A stretch of DNA of 64,000 nucleotides from Eledone cirrhosa. Lineage: Eukaryota. Positions within the stretch are counted from its first letter, which is position 1. Each line of letters starts with the position of its first letter. Location: positions 32,550,001 through 32,614,000 of the forward strand of contig OZ024760.1 of the NCBI GenBank assembly GCA_964016885.1, written 5' to 3'. This document shows, in pieces, positions 1 through 12,291 of the stretch. Position numbers and translations under genes: made by a program. Below the pieces are notes generated by a model. That model worked only from the letters and a program-made list of their open reading frames with translations. It did no database searches and had not been told where the DNA came from.

Positions 1-3000
1 AGAAAGCACCCAGTCCTCCCTGTACAGTGGTTGTGTAGGTCTCAAGACAGAAAGCACCCAGTCCACCCTGTACAGTGGTTGTGTAGGTCTCAAGACAGAA
101 ATCACCCAGTCCACCCTGTACAGTGGTTGTGTAGGTCTCAAGACAGAAAGCACCCAGTCCACCCTGTACAGTGGTTGTGTAGGTCTCAAGACAGAAAGCA
201 CCCGGTCCACACTGTACAGTGGTTGTGTAGGTCTCAAGACAGAAAGCACCCAGTACTCACTGTACAGTGGTTGTGTAGGTCTCAAGACAGAAAGCACCCA
301 GTCCACACTGTACAGTGGTTGTGTAGGTCTCAAGACAGAAAGCACGCAGTCCACCATGTACAGTGGTTGTGTAGGTCTCAATACAGAAAGCACCCACTCC
401 ACCCTGTACAGTGGTTGTGTAGGTATCAAGACAGAAAGTGCCCAGTCCACCCTGTACAGTGGTTGTGTAGGTCTCAAGACAGAAATCACCCAGTCCACCC
501 TGTACAGTGCTTGTGTAGGTCTCAAGACAGAAAGCACCCAGTCCACCCTGTACAGTGGTTGTGTAGGTCTCAAGACAGAAAGAACCCAGACCACACTGTA
601 CAGTGGTTGTGTAGGTCTCAAGAGAGAAAGCAACCAGTCCACCCTGTACAGTGGGTGTGTAGGTGTCAAGACAGAAAGCACCCAGTCCTCCATGTACAGT
701 GGTTGTGTAGGTCTCAAGACAGAAAGCACCCAGTCCACACTGTACAGTGCTTGTGTAGGTCTCAAGACAGAGAGCACACAGTCCACACTGTACAGTGGTT
801 GTGTAGGTCTCAAGACAGAAAGCACCCAGTAGTCCCTGTACAGTGGTTGTGTAGGTCTCAAGACAGAAAGCACCCAGTCCACCCTGTACAGTGGTTGTGC
901 AGGTCTCAAGACAGAAATCACCCAGTCCACCCTGTACAGTGGTTGTGCAGGTCTCAAGTCAGAAAGCACCCAGTCCACCCTGTACAGTGGTTGTGCAGGT
1001 CTCAAGACAGAAAGCACCCGGTCCACACTGAACAGTGGTTGTGTAGGTCTCAAGACAGAAATCACCCAGTCCACCCTGTACAGTGGTTGTGCAGGTCTCA
1101 AGACAGAAAGCACACAGTCCACACTGTACAGTGGTTGTGTAGGTCTCAAGACAGAAAGCACCCAGTCCACACTGTACAGTGGTTGTGTAGGTCTCAAGAC
1201 AGAAAGCACCCAGTCCTCCCTGTACAGTGGTTGTGTAGGTCTCAAGACAGAAAGCACCCAGTCCACCCTGTACAGTGGTTGTGTAGGTCTCAAGACAGAA
1301 AGCACCCAGTCCACCCTGTACAGTGGTTGTGTAGGTCTCAAGACAGAAAGCACCCAGTCCACCCTGTACAGTGGTTGTGTAGGTCTCAAGACAGAAAGCA
1401 CCCGGTCCACACTGTACAGTGATTGTGTAGGTCTCAAGACAGAAAGCATCCGGTACTCACTGTACAGTGGTTGTGTAGGTCTCAAGACAGAAAGCCCCCA
1501 GTCCACACTGTACAGTGGTTGTGTAGGTCTCAAGACAGAAACAGACAGTCCACCCTGTACAGTGGTTGTGTAGGTCTCAAGACAGAAATCACCCAGTCCA
1601 CCCTGTACAGTGGTTGTGTAGGTCTCAAGACAGAAAGCACCCAGTCCACCCTGTACAGTGGTTGTGTAGCTCTCAAGACAGAAAGCACCCAGTCCACCCT
1701 GTACAGTGGTTGTGTAGGTCTCAAGACAGAAAGCACCCAGTCCATCCTGTACAGTGGTTGTGTAGGTCTCAAGACAGAAAGCACCCAGTCCACCCTGTAG
1801 AGTGGCTGTGTAGGTCTCAAGACAGAAAGCACGCAGTCCACCATGTACAGTGTTTGTGTAGGTCTCAAGACAGAAAGCACCCAGTCCACCCTGTACAGTG
1901 GTTGTGTAGGTCTCAAGACAGAAAGCACACAGTGCACACTGTACAGTGGTTGTGTAGGTCTCAAGACAGAAAGCACCCAGTCCACACTGTACAGTGGTTG
2001 TGTAGGTCTGAAGACAGAAAGCACCCAGTCCTACCTGTACAGTGGTTGTGTAGGTCTCAAGACAGAAAGCACCCAGTCCACCCTGTACAGTGGTTGTGTA
2101 GGTCTCAAGACAGAAATCACCCAGTCCACACTGTACAGTGGTTGTGTAGGTCTCAAGACAGAAAGCACCCAGTCCACCCTGTACAGTGGTTGTGTAGGTC
2201 TCAAGACAGAAAGCACCCGGTCCACACTGTATAGTGGTTGTGTAGGTCTCAAGACAGAAAGCACCCAGTACTCACTGTACAGTGGTTGTGTAGGTCTCAA
2301 GACAGAAAGCACCCAGTCCACCCTGTACAGTGGTTGTGTAGGTCTCAAGACAGAAACAGACAGTCCACCCTGTACAGTGGTTGTGTAGGTCTCAAGACAG
2401 AAATCACCCAGTCCACCATGTACAGTGTTTGTGTAGGTCTCAAGACAGAAAGCACCCAGTCCACCCTGTACAGTGGTTGTGTAGCTCTCAAGACAGAAAG
2501 CACCCAGTCCACCCTGTACAGTGGTTGTGTAGGTGTCAAGACAGAAAACAGCCAGTCCACCCTGTACAGTGGTTGTGTAGGTCTGAAGACAGAAATCACC
2601 CAGTCCACCATGTACAGTGGTTGTGTAGGTCTCAAGACAGAAAGCACCCAGTCCACCCTGTACAGTGGTTGTGTAGCTCTCAAGACAGAAAGCACCCAGT
2701 CCACCCTGTACAGTGGTTGTGTAGGTCTCAAGACAGAAAGCACCCAGTCCACCCTGTACAGTGGTTGTGTAGGTCTGAAGACAGAAAGCACACAGTCCAC
2801 ACTGTACAGTGGTTGTGTAGGTCTCAAGACAGAAAGCACCCAGTCCACACTGTACAGTGGTTGTGTAGGTCTGAAGACAGAAAGCACCCAGTCCTCCCTG
2901 TACAGTGGTTGTGTAGGTCTCAAGACAGAAAGCACCCAGTCCACCCTGTACAGTGGTTGTGTAGGTCTCAAGACAGAAATCACCCAGTCCACCCTGTACA

Positions 3001-6000
3001 GTGGTTGTGTAGGTCTCAAGACAGAAAGCACCCAGTCCACCCTGTACAGTGGTTGTGTAGGTCTCAAGACAGAAAGCACACAGTCCTCACTGTTCAGTGG
3101 TTGTGTAGGTCTCAAGACAGAAAGCACCCAGGCCACCCTGTACAGTGGTTGTGTAGCTCTCAAGAGAGAAAGCACCCAGTCCACTCTGTACAGTGGTTGT
3201 GTAGGTCTCAAGACAGAAATCACCCAGTCCACCATGTACAGTGGTTGTGTAAGTCTCAAGACAGAAAGCAACCAGTCCCCCCTGTACAGTGGGTGTGTAG
3301 GTGTCAAGACAGAAAGCACCCAGTCCACAGTGTACAGTGGTTGTGTAGGTCTCAAGACAGAAAGAATCACCCAGTCCACCCTGTACAGTAGTTGCGTAGG
3401 TATCAAGACAGAAAGTGCCCAGTCCACCCTGTACAGTGGTTGTGTAGGTCTCAAGACAGAAATCACCCAGTCCACCCTGTACAGTGCTTGTGTAGGTCTC
3501 AAGACAGAAAGCACCCAGTCCACCCTGTACAGTGGTTGTGTAGGTCTCAAGACAGAAAGAACCCAGACCACACTGTACAGTGGTTGTGTAGGTCTCAAGA
3601 GAGAAAGCAACCAGTCCACCCTGTACAGTGGGTGTGTAGGTGTCAAGACAGAAAGCACCCATTTCTCCCTGTACAGTGGTTGTGTAGGTCTCAAGACAGA
3701 AAACACCCAGTCCACCCTGTACAGTGGTTGTGTAGGTCTCAAGACAGAAAGCACCCAGTCCACCCTGTACAGTGGCTGTGTTGGTCTCAAGACAGAAAGC
3801 ACGCAGTCCACCATGTACAGTGTTTGTGTAGGTCTCAAGACAGAAATCACCCAGTCCACCCTGTACAGTGGTTGTGTAGGTCTCAAGACAGAAAGCACAC
3901 AGTCCACACTGTACAGTGGTTGTGTAGGTCTCAAGACAGAAAGCACCCAGTCCACACTGTACAGTGGTTGTGTAGGTCTCAAGACAGAAAGCACCCAGTC
4001 CTCCCTGTACAGTGGTTGTGTAGGTCTCAAGACAGAAAGCACCCAGTCCACCCTGTACAGTGGTTGTGTAGGTCTCAAGACAGAAAGCACCCAGTCCACC
4101 CTGTACAGTGGTTGTGTAGGTCTCAAGACAGAAAGCACCCAGTCCACCCTGTACAGTGGTTGTGTAGGTCTCAAGACAGAAAGCACCCGGTCCACACTGT
4201 ACAGTGATTGTGTAGGTCTCAAGACAGAAAGCATCCGGTACTCACTGTACAGTGGTTGTGTAGGTCTCAAGACAGAAAGCACCCAGTCCACACTGTACAG
4301 TGGTTGTGTAGGTCTCAAGACAGAAATCACCCAGTCCACCATGTACAGTGGTTGTGTAGGTCCCAAGACAGAAATCACCCAGTCCACCATGTACAGTGGT
4401 TCTGTAGGTCTCAAGACAGAAAGCACCCAGTCCACCCTGTACAGTGGTTGTGTAGCTCTCAAGACAGAAAGCACCCAGTCCACCCTGTACAGTGGTTGTG
4501 TAGGTCTCAAGACAGAAAGCACCCAGTCCACCCTGTACAGTGGCTGTGTAGGTGTCAAGACAGAAAGCACCCAGTCCACACTGTACAGTGTTTGTGTAGG
4601 TCTCAAGACAGAAAGCAGCCAGTCCACCCTGTACAGTGGTTGTGTAGGTCTCAAGACAGAAAGCACACAGTCCACACTGTACAGTGGTTGTGTAGGTCTC
4701 AAGACAGAAAGCACCCAGTCCACACTGTACAGTGGTTGTGTAGGTCTCAAGACAGAAAGCACCCAGTCCTCCCTGTACAGTGGTTGTGTAGGTCTCAAGA
4801 CAGAAAGCACCCAGTCCACCCTGTACAGTGGTTGTGTAGGTCTCAAGACAGAAATCACCCAGTCCACCCTGTACAGTGGTTGTGTAGGTCTCAAGACAGA
4901 AAGCACCCAGTCCACCCTGTACAGTGGTTGTGTAGGTCTCAAGACAGAAAGCACCCGGTCCACACTGTACAGTGGTTGTGTAGGTCTCAAGACAGAAAGC
5001 ACCCAGTACTCACTGTACAGTGGTTGTGTAGGTCTCAAGACAGAAAGCACCCAGTCCACACTGTACAGTGGTTGTGTAGGTCTCAAGACAGAAAGCACGC
5101 AGTCCACCATGTACAGTGGTTGTGTAGGTCTCAATACAGAAAGCACCCACTCCACCCTGTACAGTGGTTGTGTAGGTATCAAGACAGAAAGTGCCCAGTC
5201 CACCCTGTACAGTGGTTGTGTAGGTCTCAAGACAGAAATCACCCAGTCCACCCTGTACAGTGCTTGTGTAGGTCTCAAGACAGAAAGCACCCAGTCCACC
5301 CTGTACAGTGGTTGTGTAGGTCTCAAGACAGAAAGAACCCAGACCACACTGTACAGTGGTTGTGTAGGTCTCAAGAGAGAAAGCAACCAGTCCACCCTGT
5401 ACAGTGGGTGTGTAGGTGTCAAGACAGAAAGCACCCAGTCCTCCATGTACAGTGGTTGTGTAGGTCTCAAGACAGAAAGCACCCAGTCCACACTGTACAG
5501 TGCTTGTGTAGGTCTCAAGACAGAGAGCACACAGTCCACACTGTACAGTGGTTGTGTAGGTCTCAAGACAGAAAGCACCCAGTAGTCCCTGTACAGTGGT
5601 TGTGTAGGTCTCAAGACAGAAAGCACCCAGTCCACCCTGTACAGTGGTTGTGCAGGTCTCAAGACAGAAATCACCCAGTCCACCCTGTACAGTGGTTGTG
5701 CAGGTCTCAAGTCAGAAAGCACCCAGTCCACCCTGTACAGTGGTTGTGCAGGTCTCAAGACAGAAAGCACCCGGTCCACACTGAACAGTGGTTGTGTAGG
5801 TCTCAAGACAGAAATCACCCAGTCCACCCTGTACAGTGGTTGTGCAGGTCTCAAGACAGAAAGCACACAGTCCACACTGTACAGTGGTTGTGTAGGTCTC
5901 AAGACAGAAAGCACCCAGTCCACACTGTACAGTGGTTGTGTAGGTCTCAAGACAGAAAGCACCCAGTCCTCCCTGTACAGTGGTTGTGTAGGTCTCAAGA

Positions 6001-9000
6001 CAGAAAGCACCCAGTCCACCCTGTACAGTGGTTGTGTAGGTCTCAAGACAGAAAGCACCCAGTCCACCCTGTACAGTGGTTGTGTAGGTCTCAAGACAGA
6101 AAGCACCCAGTCCACCCTGTACAGTGGTTGTGTAGGTCTCAAGACAGAAAGCACCCGGTCCACACTGTACAGTGATTGTGTAGGTCTCAAGACAGAAAGC
6201 ATCCGGTACTCACTGTACAGTGGTTGTGTAGGTCTCAAGACAGAAAGCCCCCAGTCCACACTGTACAGTGGTTGTGTAGGTCTCAAGACAGAAACAGACA
6301 GTCCACCCTGTACAGTGGTTGTGTAGGTCTCAAGACAGAAATCACCCAGTCCACCCTGTACAGTGGTTGTGTAGGTCTCAAGACAGAAAGCACCCAGTCC
6401 ACCCTGTACAGTGGTTGTGTAGCTCTCAAGACAGAAAGCACCCAGTCCACCCTGTACAGTGGTTGTGTAGGTCTCAAGACAGAAAGCACCCAGTCCATCC
6501 TGTACAGTGGTTGTGTAGGTCTCAAGACAGAAATCACCCAGTCCATCCTGTACAGTGGTTGTGTAGGTCTCAAGACGGAAAGTGCCCAGTCCACCCTGTA
6601 CAGTGGTTGTGTAAGTCTCAAGATAGAAATCACCCAGTCCACCCTGTACAGTGGTTGTGTAGGTCTCAAGACAGAAATCACACAGTCCACCCTATAAAGT
6701 GGTTGTGTAGGTCTCAAGACAGAAAGCACCTAGTCCACCCTGTACAGTGGTTGTGTAGGTCTCAAGACAGAAAGAACCCAGTCCACACTGTACAGTGGTT
6801 GTGTAGGTCTCAAGACAGAAAGCACCCAGTCCTCCCTGTACAGTGGTTGTGTAGGTCTCAAGACAGAAAGCACCTAGTCCACCCTGTACAGTGGTTGTGT
6901 AGGTCTCAAGACAGAAAGCACCCAGTCCACCTTGTACAGTGGTTGTGTAGGTCTCAAGACAGAAAGCACCCAGTCCACACTGTACAGTGGTTGCGTAGGT
7001 CTCAAGACAGAAAGCACCCAGTCCACCCTGTACAGTGGTTGTGTAGGTCTCAAGTCAGAAAGAACCCAGTCCACACTGTACAGTGGTTGTGTAGGTCTCA
7101 AGACAGAAAGCACCCAGTCCACACTGTACAGTGGTTGTGTAGGTCCCAAGACAGAAAGCACCCAGACCACCCTGTACAGTGGTCGTGTAGGTCTCAAGAC
7201 AGAAAGTGCCCAGTCCACCCTGTACAGTGGTTGTGTAGGTCTCAAGACAGAATGCACCCAGTCCACACTGTACAGTGGTTGTGTAGGTCTCAAAACAGAA
7301 AGCACCCAGTCCTCCCTGTACAGTGGTTGTGTAGGTCTCAAGACAGAAAGTGCCCAGTCCACCCTGTACGGTGGTTGTGTAGGTCTCAAGACAGAATGCA
7401 CCCAGTCCACCCTGTACAGTGGTTGTGTAGGTCTCAAGACAGAAAGCACACAGTCCACCCTGTACGGTGGTTGTGTAGGTCTCAAGACAGAATGCACCCA
7501 GTCCACCCTGTACAGTGGTTGTGTAGGTCTCAAGACAGAAATGACCCAGTCCACCCTGTATAGTGGTTGTGTAGGTCTCAAAACAGAAAGCACCCAGTCC
7601 TCCCTGTACAGTGGTTGTGTAGGTCTCAAGACAGAAAGTGCCCAGTCCACCCTGTACGGTGGTTGTGTAGGTCTCAAGACAGAAAGCACCCAGTCCACCC
7701 TGTACAGTGGTTGTGTAGGTCTCAAGACAGAAAGCACCCAGTCCACCCTGTACAGTGGTTGTGTAGGTCTCAAGACAGAAAGCACCCGGTCCACACTGTA
7801 CAGTGATTGTGTAGGTCTCAAGACAGAAAGCACGCAGTCCACCATGTACAGTGGTTGTGTAGGTCTCAATACAGAAAGCACCCACTCCACCCTGTACAGT
7901 GGTTGTGTAGGTATCAAGACAGAAAGTGCCCAGTCCACCCTGTACAGTGGTTGTGTAGGTGTCAAGACAGAAAGCACCCAGTCCACACTGTACAGTGTTT
8001 GTGTAGGTCTCAAGACAGAAATGACCCAGTCCACCCTGTATAGTGGTTGTGTAGGTCTCAAAACAGAAAGCACCCAGTCCTCCCTGTACAGTGGTTGTGT
8101 AGGTCTCAAGACAGAAAGTGCCCAGTCCACCCTGTACGGTGGTTGTGTAGGTCTCAAGACAGAAAGCACCCAGTCCACCCTGTACAGTGGTTGTGTAGGT
8201 CTCAAGACAGAAAGCACCCAGTCCACCCTGTACAGTGGTTGTGTAGGTCTCAAGACAGAAAGCACCCAGTCCACCCTGTACAGTGGTTGTGTAGGTCTCA
8301 AGACAGAAAGCACCCGGTCCACACTGTACAGTGATTGTGTAGGTCTCAAGACAGAAAGCACGCAGTCCACCATGTACAGTGGTTGTGTAGGTCTCAATAC
8401 AGAAAGCACCCACTCCACCCTGTACAGTGGTTGTGTAGGTATCAAGACAGAAAGTGCCCAGTCCACCCTGTACAGTGGTTGTGTAGGTGTCAAGACAGAA
8501 AGCACCCAGTCCACACTGTACAGTGTTTGTGTAGGTCTCAAGACAGAAATGACCCAGTCCACCCTGTATAGTGGTTGTGTAGGTCTCAAAACAGAAAGCA
8601 CCCAGTCCTCCCTGTACAGTGGTTGTGTAGGTCTCAAGACAGAAAGTGCCCAGTCCACCCTGTACGGTGGTTGTGTAGGTCTCAAGACAGAAAGCACCCA
8701 GTCCACCCTGTACAGTGGTTGTGTAGGTCTCAAGACAGAAAGCACCCAGTCCACCCTGTACAGTGGTTGTGTAGGTCTCAAGACAGAAAGCACCCGGTCC
8801 ACACTGTACAGTGATTGTGTAGGTCTCAAGACAGAAAGCATCCGGTACTCACTGTACAGTGGTTGTGTAGGTCTCAAGACAGAAAGCACCCAGTCCACAC
8901 TGTACAGTGGTTGTGTAGGTCTCAAGACAGAAATCACCCAGTCCACCATGTACAGTGGTTGTGTAGGTCCCAAGACAGAAATCACCCAGTCCACCATGTA

Positions 9001-11140
9001 CAGTGGTTCTGTAGGTCTCAAGACAGAAAGCACCCAGTCCACCCTGTACAGTGGTTGTGTAGCTCTCAAGACAGAAAGCACCCAGTCCACCCTGTACAGT
9101 GGTTGTGTAGGTCTCAAGACAGAAAGCACCCAGTCCACCCTGTACAGTGGCTGTGTAGGTGTCAAGACAGAAAGCACCCAGTCCACACTGTACAGTGTTT
9201 GTGTAGGTCTCAAGACAGAAAGCACCCAGTCCACCCTGTACAGTGGTTGTGTAGGTCTCAAGACAGAAAGCACACAGTCCACACTGTACAGTGGTTGTGT
9301 AGGTCTCAAGACAGAAAGCACCCAGTCCACACTGTACAGTGGTTGTGTAGGTCTCAAGACAGAAAGCACCCAGTCCTCCCTGTACAGTGGTTGTGTAGGT
9401 CTCAAGACAGAAAGCACCCAGTCCACCCTGTACAGTGGTTGTGTAGGTCTCAAGACAGAAATCACCCAGTCCACCCTGTACAGTGGTTGTGTAGGTCTCA
9501 AGACAGAAAGCACCCAGTCCACCCTGTACAGTGGTTGTGTAGGTCTCAAGACAGAAAGCACCCGGTCCACACTGTACAGTGGTTGTGTAGGTCTCAAGAC
9601 AGAAAGCACCCAGTACTCACTGTACAGTGGTTGTGTAGGTCTCAAGACAGAAAGCACCCAGTCCACACTGTACAGTGGTTGTGTAGGTCTCAAGACAGAA
9701 AGCACGCAGTCCACCATGTACAGTGGTTGTGTAGGTCTCAATACAGAAAGCACCCACTCCACCCTGTACAGTGGTTGTGTAGGTATCAAGACAGAAAGTG
9801 CCCAGTCCACCCTGTACAGTGGTTGTGTAGGTCTCAAGACAGAAATCACCCAGTCCACCCTGTACAGTGCTTGTGTAGGTCTCAAGACAGAAAGCACCCA
9901 GTCCACCCTGTACAGTGGTTGTGTAGGTCTCAAGACAGAAAGAACCCAGACCACACTGTACAGTGGTTGTGTAGGTCTCAAGAGAGAAAGCAACCAGTCC
10001 ACCCTGTACAGTGGGTGTGTAGGTGTCAAGACAGAAAGCACCCAGTCCTCCATGTACAGTGGTTGTGTAGGTCTCAAGACAGAAAGCACCCAGTCCACAC
10101 TGTACAGAGCTTGTGTAGGTCTCAAGACAGAGAGCACACAGTCCACACTGTACAGTGGTTGTGTAGGTCTCAAGACAGAAAGCACCCAGTAGTCCCTGTA
10201 CAGTGGTTGTGTAGGTCTCAAGACAGAAAGCACCCAGTCCACCCTGTACAGTGGTTGTGCAGGTCTCAAGACAGAAATCACCCAGTCCACCCTGTACAGT
10301 GGTTGTGCAGGTCTCAAGTCAGAAAGCACCCAGTCCACCCTGTACAGTGGTTGTGCAGGTCTCAAGACAGAAAGCACCCGGTCCACACTGAACAGTGGTT
10401 GTGTAGGTCTCAAGACAGAAATCACCCAGTCCACCCTGTACAGTGGTTGTGCAGGTCTCAAGACAGAAAGCACACAGTCCACACTGTACAGTGGTTGTGT
10501 AGGTCTCAAGACAGAAAGCACCCAGTCCACACTGTACAGTGGTTGTGTAGGTCTCAAGACAGAAAGCACCCAGTCCTCCCTGTACAGTGGTTGTGTAGGT
10601 CTCAAGACAGAAAGCACCCAGTCCACCCTGTACAGTGGTTGTGTAGGTCTCAAGACAGAAAGCACCCAGTCCACCCTGTACAGTGGTTGTGTAGGTCTCA
10701 AGACAGAAAGCACCCAGTCCACCCTGTACAGTGGTTGTGTAGGTCTCAAGACAGAAAGCACCCGGTCCACACTGTACAGTGATTGTGTAGGTCTCAAGAC
10801 AGAAAGCATCCGGTACTCACTGTACAGTGGTTGTGTAGGTCTCAAGACAGAAAGCCCCCAGTCCACACTGTACAGTGGTTGTGTAGGTCTCAAGACAGAA
10901 ACAGACAGTCCACCCTGTACAGTGGTTGTGTAGGTCTCAAGACAGAAATCACCCAGTCCACCCTGTACAGTGGTTGTGTAGGTCTCAAGACAGAAAGCAC
11001 CCAGTCCACCCTGTACAGTGGTTGTGTAGCTCTCAAGACAGAAAGCACCCAGTCCACCCTGTACAGTGGTTGTGTAGGTCTCAAGACAGAAAGCACCCAG
11101 TCCATCCTGTACAGTGGTTGTGTAGGTCTCAAGACAGAAA
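1..11140. repeat. Block of at least 1.78 kb (37+ monomers) present in three copies: 1-1780, 4754-6533, 9361-11140
   Basis: Rare variants occur in the same order (CAATAC, GGTATC, AAGAGAG, GTAGTCC, CTGAAC, TGATT, AGCCCC, 47-bp GAAACAGAC unit). Matching ORF starts at 1423/6176/10783 give offsets 4753 and 4607. Confidence 0.9.
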
Positions 11141-12291
11141 TCACCCAGTCCATCCTGTACAGTGGTTGTGTAGGTCTCAAGACGGAAAGTGCCCAGTCCA
11201 CCCTGTACAGTGGTTGTGTAAGTCTCAAGATAGAAATCACCCAGTCCACCCTGTACAGTGGTTGTGTAGGTCTCAAGACAGAAATCACACAGTCCACCCT
11301 ATAAAGTGGTTGTGTAGGTCTCAAGACAGAAAGCACCTAGTCCACCCTGTACAGTGGTTGTGTAGGTCTCAAGACAGAAAGAACCCAGTCCACACTGTAC
11401 AGTGGTTGTGTAGGTCTCAAGACAGAAAGCACCCAGTCCTCCCTGTACAGTGGTTGTGTAGGTCTCAAGACAGAAAGCACCTAGTCCACCCTGTACAGTG
11501 GTTGTGTAGGTCTCAAGACAGAAAGCACCCAGTCCACCTTGTACAGTGGTTGTGTAGGTCTCAAGACAGAAAGCACCCAGTCCACACTGTACAGTGGTTG
11601 CGTAGGTCTCAAGACAGAAAGCACCCAGTCCACCCTGTACAGTGGTTGTGTAGGTCTCAAGTCAGAAAGAACCCAGTCCACACTGTACAGTGGTTGTGTA
11701 GGTCTCAAGACAGAAAGCACCCAGTCCACACTGTACAGTGGTTGTGTAGGTCCCAAGACAGAAAGCACCCAGACCACCCTGTACAGTGGTCGTGTAGGTC
11801 TCAAGACAGAAAGTGCCCAGTCCACCCTGTACAGTGGTTGTGTAGGTCTCAAGACAGAATGCACCCAGTCCACACTGTACAGTGGTTGTGTAGGTCTCAA
11901 AACAGAAAGCACCCAGTCCTCCCTGTACAGTGGTTGTGTAGGTCTCAAGACAGAAAGTGCCCAGTCCACCCTGTACGGTGGTTGTGTAGGTCTCAAGACA
12001 GAATGCACCCAGTCCACCCTGTACAGTGGTTGTGTAGGTCTCAAGACAGAAAGCACACAGTCCACCCTGTACGGTGGTTGTGTAGGTCTCAAGACAGAAT
12101 GCACCCAGTCCACCCTGTACAGTGGTTGTGTAGGTCTCAAGACAGAAATGACCCAGTCCACCCTGTATAGTGGTTGTGTAGGTCTCAAAACAGAAAGCAC
12201 CCAGTCCTCCCTGTACAGTGGTTGTGTAGGTCTCAAGACAGAAAGTGCCCAGTCCACCCTGTACGGTGGTTGTGTAGGTCTCAAGACAGAA
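4063..12291. repeat. About 3.6-kb near-identical duplication at 4607-bp offset (4063-7684 vs 8670-12291)
   Basis: ORF pairs 4208/8815, 6176/10783, 6319/10926 and 6932/11539 are all offset by 4607 (96x48-1). I noticed only two differences (AGCAGCC ~4617 vs AGCACCC; ACAGTGC vs ACAGAGC ~10108). Confidence 0.9.
7520..8830. repeat. Local 10-/11-monomer repeat (480/528 bp), about 2.5 copies
   Basis: The AATGACCC..TGTATAG..CTCAAAAC marker occurs at ~7541, 8021 and 8549. ORF starts at 7567/8047/8575 and 7807/8335/8815 are spaced 480 or 528 bp. Confidence 0.88.

Noticed and set aside
1-192. Nucleosome-phasing significance of 3x48=144 and 4x48=192 bp
   Set aside because: This is numerology without data. 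No 3- or 4-monomer periodicity is evident in the variants and there are no phased A-tracts. MNase mapping would be needed.
2238-5585. Ice-nucleation-protein-like or mucin-like repeat protein (48-bp/16-aa period, STQ and SxL motifs)
   Set aside because: It lacks the AGYGSTxTA motif and terminal domains of InaZ-type proteins. The same DNA continues for 64 kb with frameshifts, and no synonymous-site bias is apparent.
4208-6175. Cys/His-rich frame suggesting zinc fingers or a metal-binding repeat
   Set aside because: There is only one Cys per unit, no C-x2-4-C...H-x3-5-H spacing and no TGEKP linker. C2H2 arrays have an 84-bp period.
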